DNA of 64,000 nt from Dehalococcoidia bacterium (GTDB lineage Bacteria > Chloroflexota > Dehalococcoidia > Bin125), in contig DAOUKQ010000005.1 of assembly GCA_034421135.1 (NCBI GenBank), positions 5,408-69,407 on the forward strand. Reading direction: 5' to 3'. Position 1 is the stretch's first letter, and each line of letters starts with the position of its first letter. This document shows positions 37,617 through 49,815 of the stretch, piece after piece. Below the pieces are notes generated by a model that did no database searches, was not told the origin of the DNA, and saw only the letters and a list, made by a program, of their open reading frames with translations. Both the position numbers and the translations under genes were made by a program.

Positions 37617-40496
37617 CTAACGCTCCTGTCTGGCGGCGCGTTCCTGATTGAGCTTGAGCAACCGCTCAAGGATCGCGTCGTCAGGCAGATCGGTCGGCCA
37701 GCCATACGCGGCGAAGACCGCCATGTCGAGCGCTTCGTGCGCATCGTCGAGCCACGCCGGGCGACGGTTGTATAGACCGGTCATCGTCCGATCTTGGAGG
37801 ATGGCTGGGTTGACGCCCGCCGGATTCAGCCAGGCTTCGCGCTGTTCGTCCAATGTCCTCGCGGCTTCTGCAATGGCAGCCTGGTGATCTCGTTGCGACT
37901 CGCTCAGGCTGGAATCGGGAGCATTCGCGGGCCACGGGAACGGGAACGTGTTGAAACACTGAGTGTGGGTGTAGCGAGGATCATTGCCAACCCCAAGACG
38001 CGGAGCCTGGGCGAGTGCCCAGACCTCATGGACCCGCGAATGAAGCACGCCGAATGCGTAGTCATCGTCCTGCGTGATCGCGACCACAGTTGCGTCGGGC
38101 ACAACATCTGATTCCAGCCAGACGTAGAAACGGTGCTTGGATGTGATTGGCGTTGCTATGTACCGAGCGAGTGGTATGAGCGCCGCTCGCATCCCCGGCC
38201 GCCATGATTCGTGGATCCACCAACGTGACTTGAGATGCTCACTATCGAGTGTCTCGCGGTACGTCTGGACATGCGCACGTGCGTGCTCCCAGGGTTCCTC
38301 GTACTGCGCTGCGTCGCGCCGATCAGCATCTTGTCCAAAGTCAATGATGTACGCACCTCTCGGTCGTTGGGCCAGGTCATGTGCGTTGACGAACGGGAAC
38401 ACGACATCAGAGTTGGGTCGCCCATTGACATTGAGCGGCTGAGCGAGCATCTGCTGCCCTTCATCGCGAGTGAGGTCAAAGGGGCCGTTGCGAATATCGC
38501 CTTGGAAAGCGATGCTCACGTTCTCGTCCAGTTCGATTGCCGACGCCACGTATGGGCCTCCGGTCGTGAGGTCAGGATTGATCTGTGCTGCCGGTTTCCC
38601 ATTGAGGAGTCGTTCGGCTTCGCTGCCGTCGTCCTGACCGACGATGGAGATGCGAACCGCCGCCCCGTCGTTGATCCACTCTTCGTCCGAGTACGCGAAG
38701 AAAATCGAACCGGACTCGGCAATCCGCTCCAACACCGGCCGGCTAAACGATCCGCGAATGTTCTGGGTGGCCAGCAAGCCCGCGCGATGCGCCGCGCCTT
38801 GCGCAATCTGCCGACGCGCCAGTTCGTGCCAATAGACGCACAGATCGACGCGCCCGTCCAGATCATCCGCATATGCAGCGCGCAGCCGGTCCACATAGCG
38901 CTCTGATAGCTCTTGCCGCATCCGCTTCATACCCAGAAACGGCGGATTGCCAATCACGAACTCCGCGTCTGGCCACTCCGCCCGCTTACCGTCTTCGTCG
39001 AGGATTGCGTCGCGGCATTCAATCTGGTCAAGCTGACCGAGGATCGGTTCAGCGAGTCGCTGGCGACCCTGGCGGAGAATCCATTGCAGGTGACCAATCC
39101 AGAGGGACAGTCGAGTGAGTTCGACGGCAAACTCGTCCTTGTCGATGCCGAGCATGTTCGCTGGACCGGTACGGCGGTGTAGGCCGGTGAATCGCATTTC
39201 CTCTCTCGCCCAGTCGAGGAACTCCTGCTCTAGCCGGGCGAGTTCACGCATTGCGACATAGAGGAAGTTCCCTGAGCCACAGGCAGGGTCGAGCACGCGG
39301 ACGCTCGACAAGCGATCATGAAACGCTCGGACGCGGGCGAGTGGAGAGTCATCTGGCGGATCGTCCTCAAGCACAAGCCGCCCATTTGCTTCGTAGCTCG
39401 GAGGCGATTCTTGGACTTCGCTTACCGGCGCAAGAGACGTGCGAAGTGCGTCGAACTCTCGGCGCAACGGCCGCATGACGACCGGATCTACGACGCGCAG
39501 AATTGTCTCAGCATCGGTGTAGTGCATTCCGCGTTGCCGCCGCCGGTTAGGGTCAAGCCCACGCTCAAAGAGCGTCCCCATAATCGCCGGGTCGACCCGA
39601 GACCAATCCAACTGCGACACTTCGTCGAGAATCTCCACCATGCGCTCAGTAAGCGAGATGGTCTCCTCCGGTGCGGACTCATCGAAGAGGCCGCCGTTTA
39701 CCCATGGTGCGGGCAGCGGCCCCCAGTCGGTGATCTCCTGACGGGACAGCGCGCGGAAGAGTTCGGCGAGCTGTTTCTTGGACCGTGTTTGGTCCTCGAG
39801 CAGAAATCCCAAGGCAATGGTCAGGGGACGATACGTTTCTCCTCGGTCGTCCCGGAAGATCCCGATGCTCTCTGCGAAAAAGCAGAAAACGATTCGATTC
39901 AGGAATCGAGCGACGACGGCGGAACTGTCCGGATTGTCAGTCTGTAGCGAGTCGGCCAGTTCGCCGAACTTCGCCGCAGCCGTCTCGGTGATGTAGCGCT
40001 GGTCGCGAGCCGGGTGTAGTGGGTGGTCGTGGCCAGTGCCCGATGGCTCAAGGGTCTCCTGCAGAATCCTGCGATAGTGTGTCGGATTCTCCTTCAAATC
40101 CTTGAGGCTGAATCGAATCGTCCTCGCCGAAGCGTAGTCAAAGGTGGTATGAATCTCGAACGAGCGCATGTCGCTGACGACGAGGACAGGTGGATTGCCC
40201 AGACCTTCCTGATAGCCGCGCAGTTGTGTGTACGCGTCACTCAGACTCTTGCCAGGGCTCTTGTATTCCCAGCCAAAGCAATCCTTCTTCCAAACGTCGG
40301 CTGCTCCGATGTATGCACCTTCGGCATCATGAACGGGGCGCTCGAATGTGTAGGACTGTGGATCGGAAGGTGCCTCGACGCCGAGCATGGCGCACAGGTC
40401 ATTGAAGTGCGATTGAGCACCCTGGGATTCGCTCAAGTTTGAGTCTTGCCATCTCGAGACAAACTCCAAGACGGTCATCGTCGGCTCAGACGGCAT
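37617..40496 (-). CDS. MmeI-like type IIL/IIG restriction endonuclease-N6-adenine methyltransferase fusion
   Basis: N-terminal nuclease ADVW...WEYK, VNGGLF, MGTLFERGLD...HYT, motif I VLDPACGSGNFL, motif IV IGNPPF, and C-terminal LDMAVFAAYGW. Confidence 0.88.
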   Translation of the reverse strand: MPSEPTMTVLEFVSRWQDSNLSESQGAQSHFNDLCAMLGVEAPSDPQSYTFERPVHDAEGAYIGAADVWKKDCFGWEYKSPGKSLSDAYTQLRGYQEGLGNPPVLVVSDMRSFEIHTTFDYASARTIRFSLKDLKENPTHYRRILQETLEPSGTGHDHPLHPARDQRYITETAAAKFGELADSLQTDNPDSSAVVARFLNRIVFCFFAESIGIFRDDRGETYRPLTIALGFLLEDQTRSKKQLAELFRALSRQEITDWGPLPAPWVNGGLFDESAPEETISLTERMVEILDEVSQLDWSRVDPAIMGTLFERGLDPNRRRQRGMHYTDAETILRVVDPVVMRPLRREFDALRTSLAPVSEVQESPPSYEANGRLVLEDDPPDDSPLARVRAFHDRLSSVRVLDPACGSGNFLYVAMRELARLEQEFLDWAREEMRFTGLHRRTGPANMLGIDKDEFAVELTRLSLWIGHLQWILRQGRQRLAEPILGQLDQIECRDAILDEDGKRAEWPDAEFVIGNPPFLGMKRMRQELSERYVDRLRAAYADDLDGRVDLCVYWHELARRQIAQGAAHRAGLLATQNIRGSFSRPVLERIAESGSIFFAYSDEEWINDGAAVRISIVGQDDGSEAERLLNGKPAAQINPDLTTGGPYVASAIELDENVSIAFQGDIRNGPFDLTRDEGQQMLAQPLNVNGRPNSDVVFPFVNAHDLAQRPRGAYIIDFGQDADRRDAAQYEEPWEHARAHVQTYRETLDSEHLKSRWWIHESWRPGMRAALIPLARYIATPITSKHRFYVWLESDVVPDATVVAITQDDDYAFGVLHSRVHEVWALAQAPRLGVGNDPRYTHTQCFNTFPFPWPANAPDSSLSESQRDHQAAIAEAARTLDEQREAWLNPAGVNPAILQDRTMTGLYNRRPAWLDDAHEALDMAVFAAYGWPTDLPDDAILERLLKLNQERAARQER

Positions 40497-40502
40497 CCCA
40501 CA

Positions 40503-42011
40503 TCACTCCGTCAACGCCGACACCAACAACTCCGAGGCCTGGGCTGGGTTTGCCTGACCTCGCGAGTGGCGCATGACCTGGCCGACGAGGTACTTGAGGG
40601 CCGCTTCCTTGCCTGAGCGGTAGTCGTTGACCGCGTCGGGGTTGTCGGCGATGACCTGGTTGATAATCGGGCTGAGCGCGTCCTCGCCGCTGATCTGCGT
40701 GAGGCCCTTGGCCTTGACGATCCTGGCGGGATCATCGCCGGTTTCGTACATCGACTCGAAGACGGTGCGGGCCTGGCTGCGGGAGATGTCGCCGCCTGTG
40801 ATCAGGCCGACGAGTTCGGCGATGTGCTCCGGTCGGATCGGCTGGTCGTCGACAACGGGGTGGGCCGGGTCCTTGTTGATCTGGGCGAAGAGGTCGCCGG
40901 TGATCCAGTTGGCCGCTTCGCGGGCGTCGGCGCTGTCCTTGAGCGCGGCGACCGTCTGGTCGAAGTAGTCCGCTCGCGACGGTTCCTCGGTCAGCAGGTT
41001 GGCCTCGAAATCGCCCAGGCCGTAGTCGGACTTGAAGCGGGCGCATCGTTCATCAGGCAGCTCCGGGAGCCGGCTGCGCAGGGCTTCGACCTCCTCGGAC
41101 GTGATCTTGAGCGGCGGCAGGTCCGGCTCGGGGAAGTAGCGGTAGTCGTGCGCCTCTTCCTTCGAGCGCTGCGACAGCGTGATCTGCCGCTCCTCGTCCC
41201 AGCCTCGTGTCTCCTGATCGATGACGCCGCCCGAACGCAGCACCTCGGCCTGGCGCTTGACCTCGTGCTCCAGCGCGCTATGGACGCCGCGGAACGAGTT
41301 CATGTTCTTGATCTCGACCTTGGCCCCGAGTTCCTCAGAACCCAACGGCCGCAGCGAGACGTTGGCGTCGCAGCGGAACGATCCCTTCTCCATGTCGGCG
41401 GTCGAGACGCCGAGGAATCGCAGGATCTGGCGGAGCTGGACGAGATAGGTGCGCGCCTCGTCGGGCGAGCGCATGTCCGGCTCGGAGACGATCTCCATCA
41501 GCGGCACGCCCGAGCGGTTCACGTCCACCAGCGAGAATCGCTCGCCCGCCTCGTTCTCGCGATGCAGCAGCCGCGCCGTGTCCTCCTCAAGATGCACGCG
41601 CGTGATGCCGATCCGCCGCTTGCCCAGGTCCTCGGTCTCGACATCCATCCAGCCGCCTTCCGAGAGCGGCATGTCGTACTGCGATATCTGGTAGCCCTTC
41701 ATCAGGTCGGGATAGGGATAGTTCTTGCGGTCGAACTTGGACAGCTCGGGGATCGTCATGTTCAGCGCGAGCGCCGTGCGGATCGTCCACTCGACGGCGG
41801 TCCGATTGATCACCGGTAACGTGCCGGGCATCCCCAGGCAGAGCGGGCAGACGAAGGTGTTGGGCTCGGCCGAGGCGTAGTCGGCGGGGCAACGGCAGAA
41901 CATCTTGCTCTGCGTCCGGAGCTGGCAATGGACCTCGAGTCCGATCACGGTTTCGTACTCGACATCAGCCTCGGTTAGGGCGTGTGCGGAAGCGGCGGTT
42001 TCAGTGGTCAT
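40503..42011 (-). CDS. gatB: Asp/Glu-tRNA amidotransferase subunit B
   Basis: VIGLEVHCQL, FDRKNYPYPDLMKGYQISQ, HLEEDTA, NRSGVPLMEIV, RCDANVS and YRYFPEPDL. Confidence 0.97.
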   Translation of the reverse strand: MTTETAASAHALTEADVEYETVIGLEVHCQLRTQSKMFCRCPADYASAEPNTFVCPLCLGMPGTLPVINRTAVEWTIRTALALNMTIPELSKFDRKNYPYPDLMKGYQISQYDMPLSEGGWMDVETEDLGKRRIGITRVHLEEDTARLLHRENEAGERFSLVDVNRSGVPLMEIVSEPDMRSPDEARTYLVQLRQILRFLGVSTADMEKGSFRCDANVSLRPLGSEELGAKVEIKNMNSFRGVHSALEHEVKRQAEVLRSGGVIDQETRGWDEERQITLSQRSKEEAHDYRYFPEPDLPPLKITSEEVEALRSRLPELPDERCARFKSDYGLGDFEANLLTEEPSRADYFDQTVAALKDSADAREAANWITGDLFAQINKDPAHPVVDDQPIRPEHIAELVGLITGGDISRSQARTVFESMYETGDDPARIVKAKGLTQISGEDALSPIINQVIADNPDAVNDYRSGKEAALKYLVGQVMRHSRGQANPAQASELLVSALTE

Positions 42012-42018
42012 GGCAGTC

Positions 42019-42024
42019 AGTGTA
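42019..42024 (-). promoter_or_regulatory. -10 hexamer TACACT 7 nt before the gatB ATG (leaderless-type start)
   Basis: TACACT-gactgcc-ATG with no SD. Confidence 0.5.
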
Positions 42025-42097
42025 ATCGCGTCCTGCTGCTAGTCTGCGAACAGGATTGCGCCGTGCGGGAACGGCGTCTTAGAGGACCGTGTACTGC

Positions 42098-42937
42098 ATG
42101 AGCACTGAGGTTTACTCGCCGCGCGCGGGACTGAACGAGACGACATCGGAGATTCGCCCGTTGCGGATGCTGCACACGTCCGACGTGCACCTGGGCGCGT
42201 ACACATCGCAGCCCTATCGCGAGGAGCCTGACGGTTCGGAGTCGCTAGAACCGGCGCTGAAGGCCTTCAAGCACGTGCTCGAGCTGGGCATGGAGGCGGA
42301 GGTCGACGTGGTCGCCATCGCCGGCGACTTCTTCGACCACGTGCGCGTCAAACGTCCCTACGTCGAAGTGACCGGCGAGCTCATGGAGTCGGTCGGACGA
42401 CCGGTCGTGGTCCTGCCCGGCAACCACGACCCGCACATGCCGGAGGGCATCTACCAGAAGTTCGCCGACGCCTTCCCCTCGAACGTGCACATCATCGCCT
42501 CGGCTGAAGGTGAACTCGTCCTGCTGGAAGAGCACGGTGTGCAGTTCTGGGGACAGGCGCACGAGAGCTACAACGACTTCTCGCCCGCCTCGGTCATGCC
42601 GGCGTGGGCGAACGATGCTGAGCGCTACATCTGGCGCGTTGCGATGGCGCACGGTTACTACGTCGGCACCGGCGAGTCTCGTTACTCGTACCAGATTCAC
42701 TCCTCGGAGATCACCTCAATGGCCGCCGACTACGTCGCGCTGGGCCACATCGACGTGCACGAGGGCGTCGGCGACGGAACCGTTCCCGCCTACTATCCAG
42801 GCGCGCCGAGACATTCGGGCGGCGCCACCATCGTCGATTTCAGTGCCGACGGCGTCATCGTTCGACACGAACTACACGACGGCGCCGAGTCCGATCCGCA
42901 GACAGCCAATCCCATGGAGGCCGCCCGCTTGCACTAG
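42098..42937 (+). CDS. Metallophosphoesterase, SbcD/Mre11-like nuclease domain
   Basis: LHTSDVHLG, IAGDFFD, LPGNHD, AHG and ALGHID. Confidence 0.85.
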   Translation: MSTEVYSPRAGLNETTSEIRPLRMLHTSDVHLGAYTSQPYREEPDGSESLEPALKAFKHVLELGMEAEVDVVAIAGDFFDHVRVKRPYVEVTGELMESVGRPVVVLPGNHDPHMPEGIYQKFADAFPSNVHIIASAEGELVLLEEHGVQFWGQAHESYNDFSPASVMPAWANDAERYIWRVAMAHGYYVGTGESRYSYQIHSSEITSMAADYVALGHIDVHEGVGDGTVPAYYPGAPRHSGGATIVDFSADGVIVRHELHDGAESDPQTANPMEAARLH

Positions 42938-43142
42938 GGTCCCCTCTCTCTCCGGAGAGGGGTTGGGGTGAGAGCTCCCAGCGAAAGGAACGCCTTGCGT
43001 AGAACGCCAAGGATTATCCCCCTCTCCCTCTGGGAGAGGGCAGGGGTGAGGGTCCGGCTCGGCGAAGGTATCTGGTAGGGACCCTTTCCGTTGGCGCGGA
43101 AGGACCCTCACCCTAACCCTCTCCCTCAGGGAGAGGGGACCG
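42938..43142. repeat. Cluster of three REP/BoxC-like palindromes (two direct, one inverted)
   Basis: Copies at about 42938-42974 and 43017-43053, then an inverted copy at 43103-43142 (gaccctcaccctaaccctctccctcagggagaggggaccgg). Confidence 0.88.
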
Positions 43143-43251
43143 GAACAGAATGGCGCAACGGTCTCCGAACGCGGGGGACTCGCGCGGCCTGCCCCTTGCT
43201 TGAACAGGGGGCGGGGAACGAAGGTACTCGGATGAGGAAACAGGAGTAGAC

Positions 43252-44241
43252 GTGGGCTACAGAGCATTCGTGGTGAATAAGGACGGCGACGATTTCTCAG
43301 CGTCGGTGCAGACGCTGGACGATTCGGCGTTGCCCGAGGGCGATGTCACGGTCGCGGTCGAGTGGTCGGACCTGAACTACAAGGACGGCCTCGCCTGCAC
43401 GCCCAACGGGCGGGTCGTGACGAAGTACCCGATGACGCTGGGCATCGACTTCGCCGGAACCGTGGTCGAGTCATCGGACTCGCGCTACGCGCCGGGCGAC
43501 GCGGTGGTCGCAACCGGCTACGACCTGGGCACCGGACATCCCGGCGGCTACGCCGAGCGCGTGCGCGTGCCGGGCGGCTGGTTGTCGCCTCGGCCTGATG
43601 GATTGTCGGCGGAAGAGGCGATGACGCTGGGCACGGCGGGGATCACCGCTGCGATGTCGATCGACGCGATTGAGAAGGCCGGGATCAATCCCGACGCCGG
43701 ACCCGTGATTGTTTCCGGCGCGACCGGCGGCGTCGGCTCGACGGCAGTCGCGATGCTCGCAGCTCGCGGATACACCGTTCACGCGAGCACCGGCAAGGCC
43801 TCGGAGCATGACTTCCTACGCGAACTGGGAGCCTCGGAAGTCCTTGACCGCGATGAATTGTCGGCAGAGTCTCGCCGACCGCTCGAATCGGAGCGCTGGG
43901 CGGCCGGCATCGATCCGGTTGGCGGTCCGACCACGGCGACGATGTTGCGTCAGACCAAGTACGGCGGCATCGTCGCGGTCTCGGGGCTGGCCGGCGGCGT
44001 GGCGATCGGAACGACCGTGATGCCATTCATCCTGCGCGGCGTCTCGCTGGTCGGGATCGAATCGGTCTACTGGCCCGGAGAGGATCGGCCGAGGCTGTGG
44101 GCGCGGATGGCCGAGGACCTGGGCGGCGGTAAGCTGCTCGACCTGGTCGAAGCGCGGATAGGCCTAGAGGACGTGCCCGAGGCCGGCGCCAGAATTCTCG
44201 CCGGCGGAGTCCGCGGCCGCGTCCTGGTCCAGCCCTCATAG
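43252..44241 (+). CDS. YhdH/AcuI-type MDR oxidoreductase (acryloyl-CoA reductase-like)
   Basis: NYKDGLA, LGIDFAG, GTAGITAA, GATGGVGS and PFILRGVSLVGIESV. AGGAG SD. Confidence 0.88.
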   Translation: MGYRAFVVNKDGDDFSASVQTLDDSALPEGDVTVAVEWSDLNYKDGLACTPNGRVVTKYPMTLGIDFAGTVVESSDSRYAPGDAVVATGYDLGTGHPGGYAERVRVPGGWLSPRPDGLSAEEAMTLGTAGITAAMSIDAIEKAGINPDAGPVIVSGATGGVGSTAVAMLAARGYTVHASTGKASEHDFLRELGASEVLDRDELSAESRRPLESERWAAGIDPVGGPTTATMLRQTKYGGIVAVSGLAGGVAIGTTVMPFILRGVSLVGIESVYWPGEDRPRLWARMAEDLGGGKLLDLVEARIGLEDVPEAGARILAGGVRGRVLVQPS

Positions 44242-44265
44242 CAGTACGGAAATCGGAGCAACACT

Positions 44266-45186
44266 ATGCAGATCGGCATCTTTATCGGCGGCGCGGGACC
44301 GGCCGCAAGCGTCCACGACATCGTTGAGCAGGCGCAGGCGGCCGAAGCCGCCGGATTCTCGACGTTCGGGATGGCGAACATCTTCTCGCACGACGCGATG
44401 GGCGCGCTGACCCTCGCAGGTGCGCAGACCGAATCGATCGAGCTGATGACGGCGGTCGTGCCGACCTATCCCCGGCATCCGCACGCAATGGCGCAGCAGG
44501 CGCTGACCGTGCAGGCGGCATCGGGCGGCTCGCGATTCGTGATGGGCATCGGCCTCTCGCACAAGATCGTGATTGAGAACATGTTCGGCTACTCCTTCGA
44601 CCGTCCCGCGCGGCACATGAAGGAATACCTCGACGTCCTGTTGCCGCTGCTCAACGGTGAGCCGGTCAAGACCGACGGCGAACACTACCGCGGACAGGTC
44701 ATGCTCGACATACCCGACGCGGCCAAGCCCGTTTCGTGCATGTTGGCCGCGATGGGTCCGGCGATGTTGCGGCTGGCCGGCGCGCGCACCGACGGCACGA
44801 TTCTCTGGATGACTGCCGCCGGCGTGGTCGAGTCCTACATCGCGCCGACGATCAACGCCGCAGCGGAAGAGGCGGGGCGACCGCTCCCGCGCATCGTGGT
44901 CGGTCTGCCGGTCATGCTGCACTCGGACGTCGACGCCGCGCGCGCCACGGCAGCCGAGCAGTTCTCCAACTACGGTCAGTTGCCCTCGTATCGCTCGATG
45001 CTGGACAAGCAGGGCGCCGCGAATCCGGAGGACGTCGCCGTGCTCGGTACCGAGGAGCAGATCGAGGCCCAGCTTCGCCAGTTGCAGGACGCCGGCACGA
45101 CCGACTTCGTCGGCGTGACGTTCGGTTCCGAGGAAGAGCGAAGTCGTACGGAAGAGTTCCTGGGATCGCTTGCGCCGACGCTGTAG
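44266..45186 (+). CDS. LLM class F420-dependent oxidoreductase (MSMEG_4879-like)
   Basis: LMTAVVPTYPRHP..MAQQALT, MGIGLSH, LAAMGPAMLRLAG..TDGTILW. Confidence 0.88.
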   Translation: MQIGIFIGGAGPAASVHDIVEQAQAAEAAGFSTFGMANIFSHDAMGALTLAGAQTESIELMTAVVPTYPRHPHAMAQQALTVQAASGGSRFVMGIGLSHKIVIENMFGYSFDRPARHMKEYLDVLLPLLNGEPVKTDGEHYRGQVMLDIPDAAKPVSCMLAAMGPAMLRLAGARTDGTILWMTAAGVVESYIAPTINAAAEEAGRPLPRIVVGLPVMLHSDVDAARATAAEQFSNYGQLPSYRSMLDKQGAANPEDVAVLGTEEQIEAQLRQLQDAGTTDFVGVTFGSEEERSRTEEFLGSLAPTL

Positions 45187-45197
45187 TCAGTTGCTGA

Positions 45198-45662
45198 TCA
45201 GTCGCTTCGCTTGAGCCGGATGACCTGGATTTCGCGCGGCCTGGCGCGTTCCGCGTACTGAATGTACGGCGGCCAGACTGCCGCGCCTGCGTTCCAGAGG
45301 CGCTCGCGCTCGTCGCCCTCGAGGAACTCGGCCTCGACCGGATGTCGCTTGCGGTTGACGAATACCCACGCGTGCGGGTTGGCTCGGAGATTGTGGACCC
45401 ACGAGGGGTGCTTGGGCCGCCCGCCGACCGACCCGATGATCGCCCAGTTCTCTCCGTCGGGCACGTAGAACAGAACCGCGTCGCGCAGATCGCCCGACTT
45501 CGCGCCGACCGACCGCAGCATCAACGACTCGATATACGGGACGCCTTCGTTCCAGGTGATCATCCGTCCCAGCAGCGAGTAGCCGGTCAGCCGGACCGCA
45601 GCCTCTTCAAGCAGGCGCAGCGCGCCATCGCGTCGCAGGAGATTGGCGAGTTGCTGCCACAT
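45198..45662 (-). CDS. Deazaflavin-dependent nitroreductase family (DDN) protein
   Basis: GAKSG..R, IGSVGGRPKHPSWVHNLRANP and REIQVIRL. Confidence 0.85.
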   Translation of the reverse strand: MWQQLANLLRRDGALRLLEEAAVRLTGYSLLGRMITWNEGVPYIESLMLRSVGAKSGDLRDAVLFYVPDGENWAIIGSVGGRPKHPSWVHNLRANPHAWVFVNRKRHPVEAEFLEGDERERLWNAGAAVWPPYIQYAERARPREIQVIRLKRSD

Positions 45663-45683
45663 GGATCGGCCTGTCCTACGCCG

Positions 45684-47828
<2,145 letters not shown>

Positions 47829-47887
47829 GGTCGTGTTCCCTTCTCTCAGCGTGGTCCCCCAGCAAGTCGTGCGTTCACGGTCATCAA

Positions 47888-49765
47888 TCAGGCCGATCCC
47901 GAAAGGGTCGGTTGATGCAAGCGTCGGGCGGAGTTGCGGGCGTCGACGACCGAACCGGCTGCCTCGGCCAGTTCGGAGTCGCAGTTGTCCTCGGAGACGA
48001 GTTGTGCGGCGGCGCGGGCGAGCTGGTCGGCGCCGAGTTGACGTTCCTGCTCGCCGATCTCAAGGTTTTTCAGACGGAGGCCTTCTTTGCTGCGGTTCTT
48101 GCGAATGCGCGCGACGGCCTGGGCAACGGCTTGCACGGCGTCTTCGTCACTGTAGGCGGGAAGACCCTCAGCGTCACGAACCAGCTCAGCGATTCGCGAA
48201 GCGGATTCCGCGAGCTCAGCATCCCATTCGTCGCCGGGAGCGTTGATCCTGGCGATCAGAATGGCGCGGTCTTCGGCATCCTCGATCAGTTCGATGGCCT
48301 CAAACTCGATCTGATGGCGCACGGCCTCGTAGCGCAACGCGAGCTTGAGGATGAATGACTGCTGCCGGTCTTCCAGTCGACGCTTGCGCGTCGCGGCGGC
48401 GGGCTGAGATCCGGGCTGTCGATTCCGGGCGGGACCCGGCGGAGCGTATCTGGCGAGCAGCGACTCGGGATCGACGCGACCCCAGGCGGCAAGCCTGCGC
48501 AGGTACTCCTCGCGCTCGACCGCATGGCCGATGCTGCGCACGGTCGGCAGCAACTCGTCGATGAACGCGGATCGTCCGCGCGGCTCATCGAGGTCGTGTT
48601 GGGAGCGCACGTGATCCAACAGCCAGTCGAGGAATGTCGGCGCGCTCTCGACGAGCGTGCTCCAGAGATCGGGTTCGGAGCGAATCAGTTCGTCCGGGTC
48701 GCGACCTTCGGGCAGCGGGATGATGCGGATGTCGTTGCTGAGTTGGTTCTGCAGCGCGCCGACGTGACGGTAGTCGGTCGAGACATGCTGCTCGGCTCCC
48801 AACGCCTGGCGCGCCGTGTCGATCCCGCGTCGAGCGGCGGCCTGGCCGGCGGCGTCGGGGTCGAGCGCAAGGCGCACATCGCCGGCGAGCGGTTTGATCA
48901 GCGACACCTGCGTCTCGGTCAGCGCGGTGCCCATCGAGGCGACGGTGTTGGGGCTGCCGTACTCGTGGGCGCTGATCACGTCGGTGTAACCCTCGACGAT
49001 GATCACCGAACCAGATTCGCGGATCGCGGTGCGGGCGATGTCAAATCCGTAGAGCAGGTCTCGTTTGCGGAAGAGATCGGATTCCGGCGTATTGATGTAC
49101 TTGGCCGGCTCGCCGATCAGCGTCCGGCCGCCAAACCCGACCGTGTCGCCGCGCGCGTTGCGAATCGGGAACATGAGCCGGTCGCGGAAGCGATCGATCA
49201 CGCCGCGTTCCGTTTCGAGGATGAGACCGGCGGCCACCGAGTCGGACTGCTGATGTCCGCGGGCCGAGAGGTGGTGGACCAGTGCATCGGACTCGGAGCC
49301 GGACAGTCCCAGGTTGAATCGCTGCGCCGCCTCAACCGAGATACCGCGTTCGCGCAGGTACTCCTGCGCCTCGCGTCCGGCTGTGGGGTCTTCGAGCTGG
49401 CTGCGCCAGTAGTGGAGCGCCGCTTCGTTGGCTCGGATCAAGCGCTGGCGCTGTTCGTCGCGACGGGATTGCTCTTCGGTCTTCGGTCGCAACTGGACGC
49501 CGGCGCGATCGGCCAGGCGGTGCAGCGCCTCGCGGAAATCGATGTTGTGGCGCTTCATCTCCCAGCTAAAGATGTCGCCGCCTTCCGAGCACGCGCCGAA
49601 ACAGTGCCAGGTCTGGCGGTCGGGGTTGACAATGAACGAAGGGGTCTTCTCGGCGTGAAACGGGCAAGGGGCCTTGTAGGTGGAACCGCTCCGCTTGAGC
49701 TGGACCTCGGCGGCGATCAGGTCGACGATATCGACCTTCGCCTTGATTTCCTCCGCTACCGACAT
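47888..49765 (-). CDS. dnaG: DNA primase
   Basis: Zinc finger [11 protein letters not shown]...[32 protein letters not shown] and LALDPDAAG. Confidence 0.96.
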   Translation of the reverse strand: MSVAEEIKAKVDIVDLIAAEVQLKRSGSTYKAPCPFHAEKTPSFIVNPDRQTWHCFGACSEGGDIFSWEMKRHNIDFREALHRLADRAGVQLRPKTEEQSRRDEQRQRLIRANEAALHYWRSQLEDPTAGREAQEYLRERGISVEAAQRFNLGLSGSESDALVHHLSARGHQQSDSVAAGLILETERGVIDRFRDRLMFPIRNARGDTVGFGGRTLIGEPAKYINTPESDLFRKRDLLYGFDIARTAIRESGSVIIVEGYTDVISAHEYGSPNTVASMGTALTETQVSLIKPLAGDVRLALDPDAAGQAAARRGIDTARQALGAEQHVSTDYRHVGALQNQLSNDIRIIPLPEGRDPDELIRSEPDLWSTLVESAPTFLDWLLDHVRSQHDLDEPRGRSAFIDELLPTVRSIGHAVEREEYLRRLAAWGRVDPESLLARYAPPGPARNRQPGSQPAAATRKRRLEDRQQSFILKLALRYEAVRHQIEFEAIELIEDAEDRAILIARINAPGDEWDAELAESASRIAELVRDAEGLPAYSDEDAVQAVAQAVARIRKNRSKEGLRLKNLEIGEQERQLGADQLARAAAQLVSEDNCDSELAEAAGSVVDARNSARRLHQPTLSGSA

Positions 49766-49809
49766 ACGCGGAGATCCAGCGGTCGGTTCGAACCGAGTGG
49801 GAAGGGCAT
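49756..49809 (-). CDS. Candidate leaderless 17-aa uORF overlapping the dnaG start
   Basis: ATG 6 nt after the -10 box, [17 protein letters not shown]. The stop lies inside dnaG codon 3-4. Confidence 0.3.
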   Translation of the reverse strand: MPFPLGSNRPLDLRVCR

Positions 49810-49815
49810 ACGGCA

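Noticed and set aside
49783-49796. GGTTCGAACC resembling a tRNA T-loop or LexA box
   Set aside because: No cloverleaf or acceptor stem, and the orientation and spacing do not fit GAAC-N4-GTTC. Kept only as a hairpin in the uORF finding.
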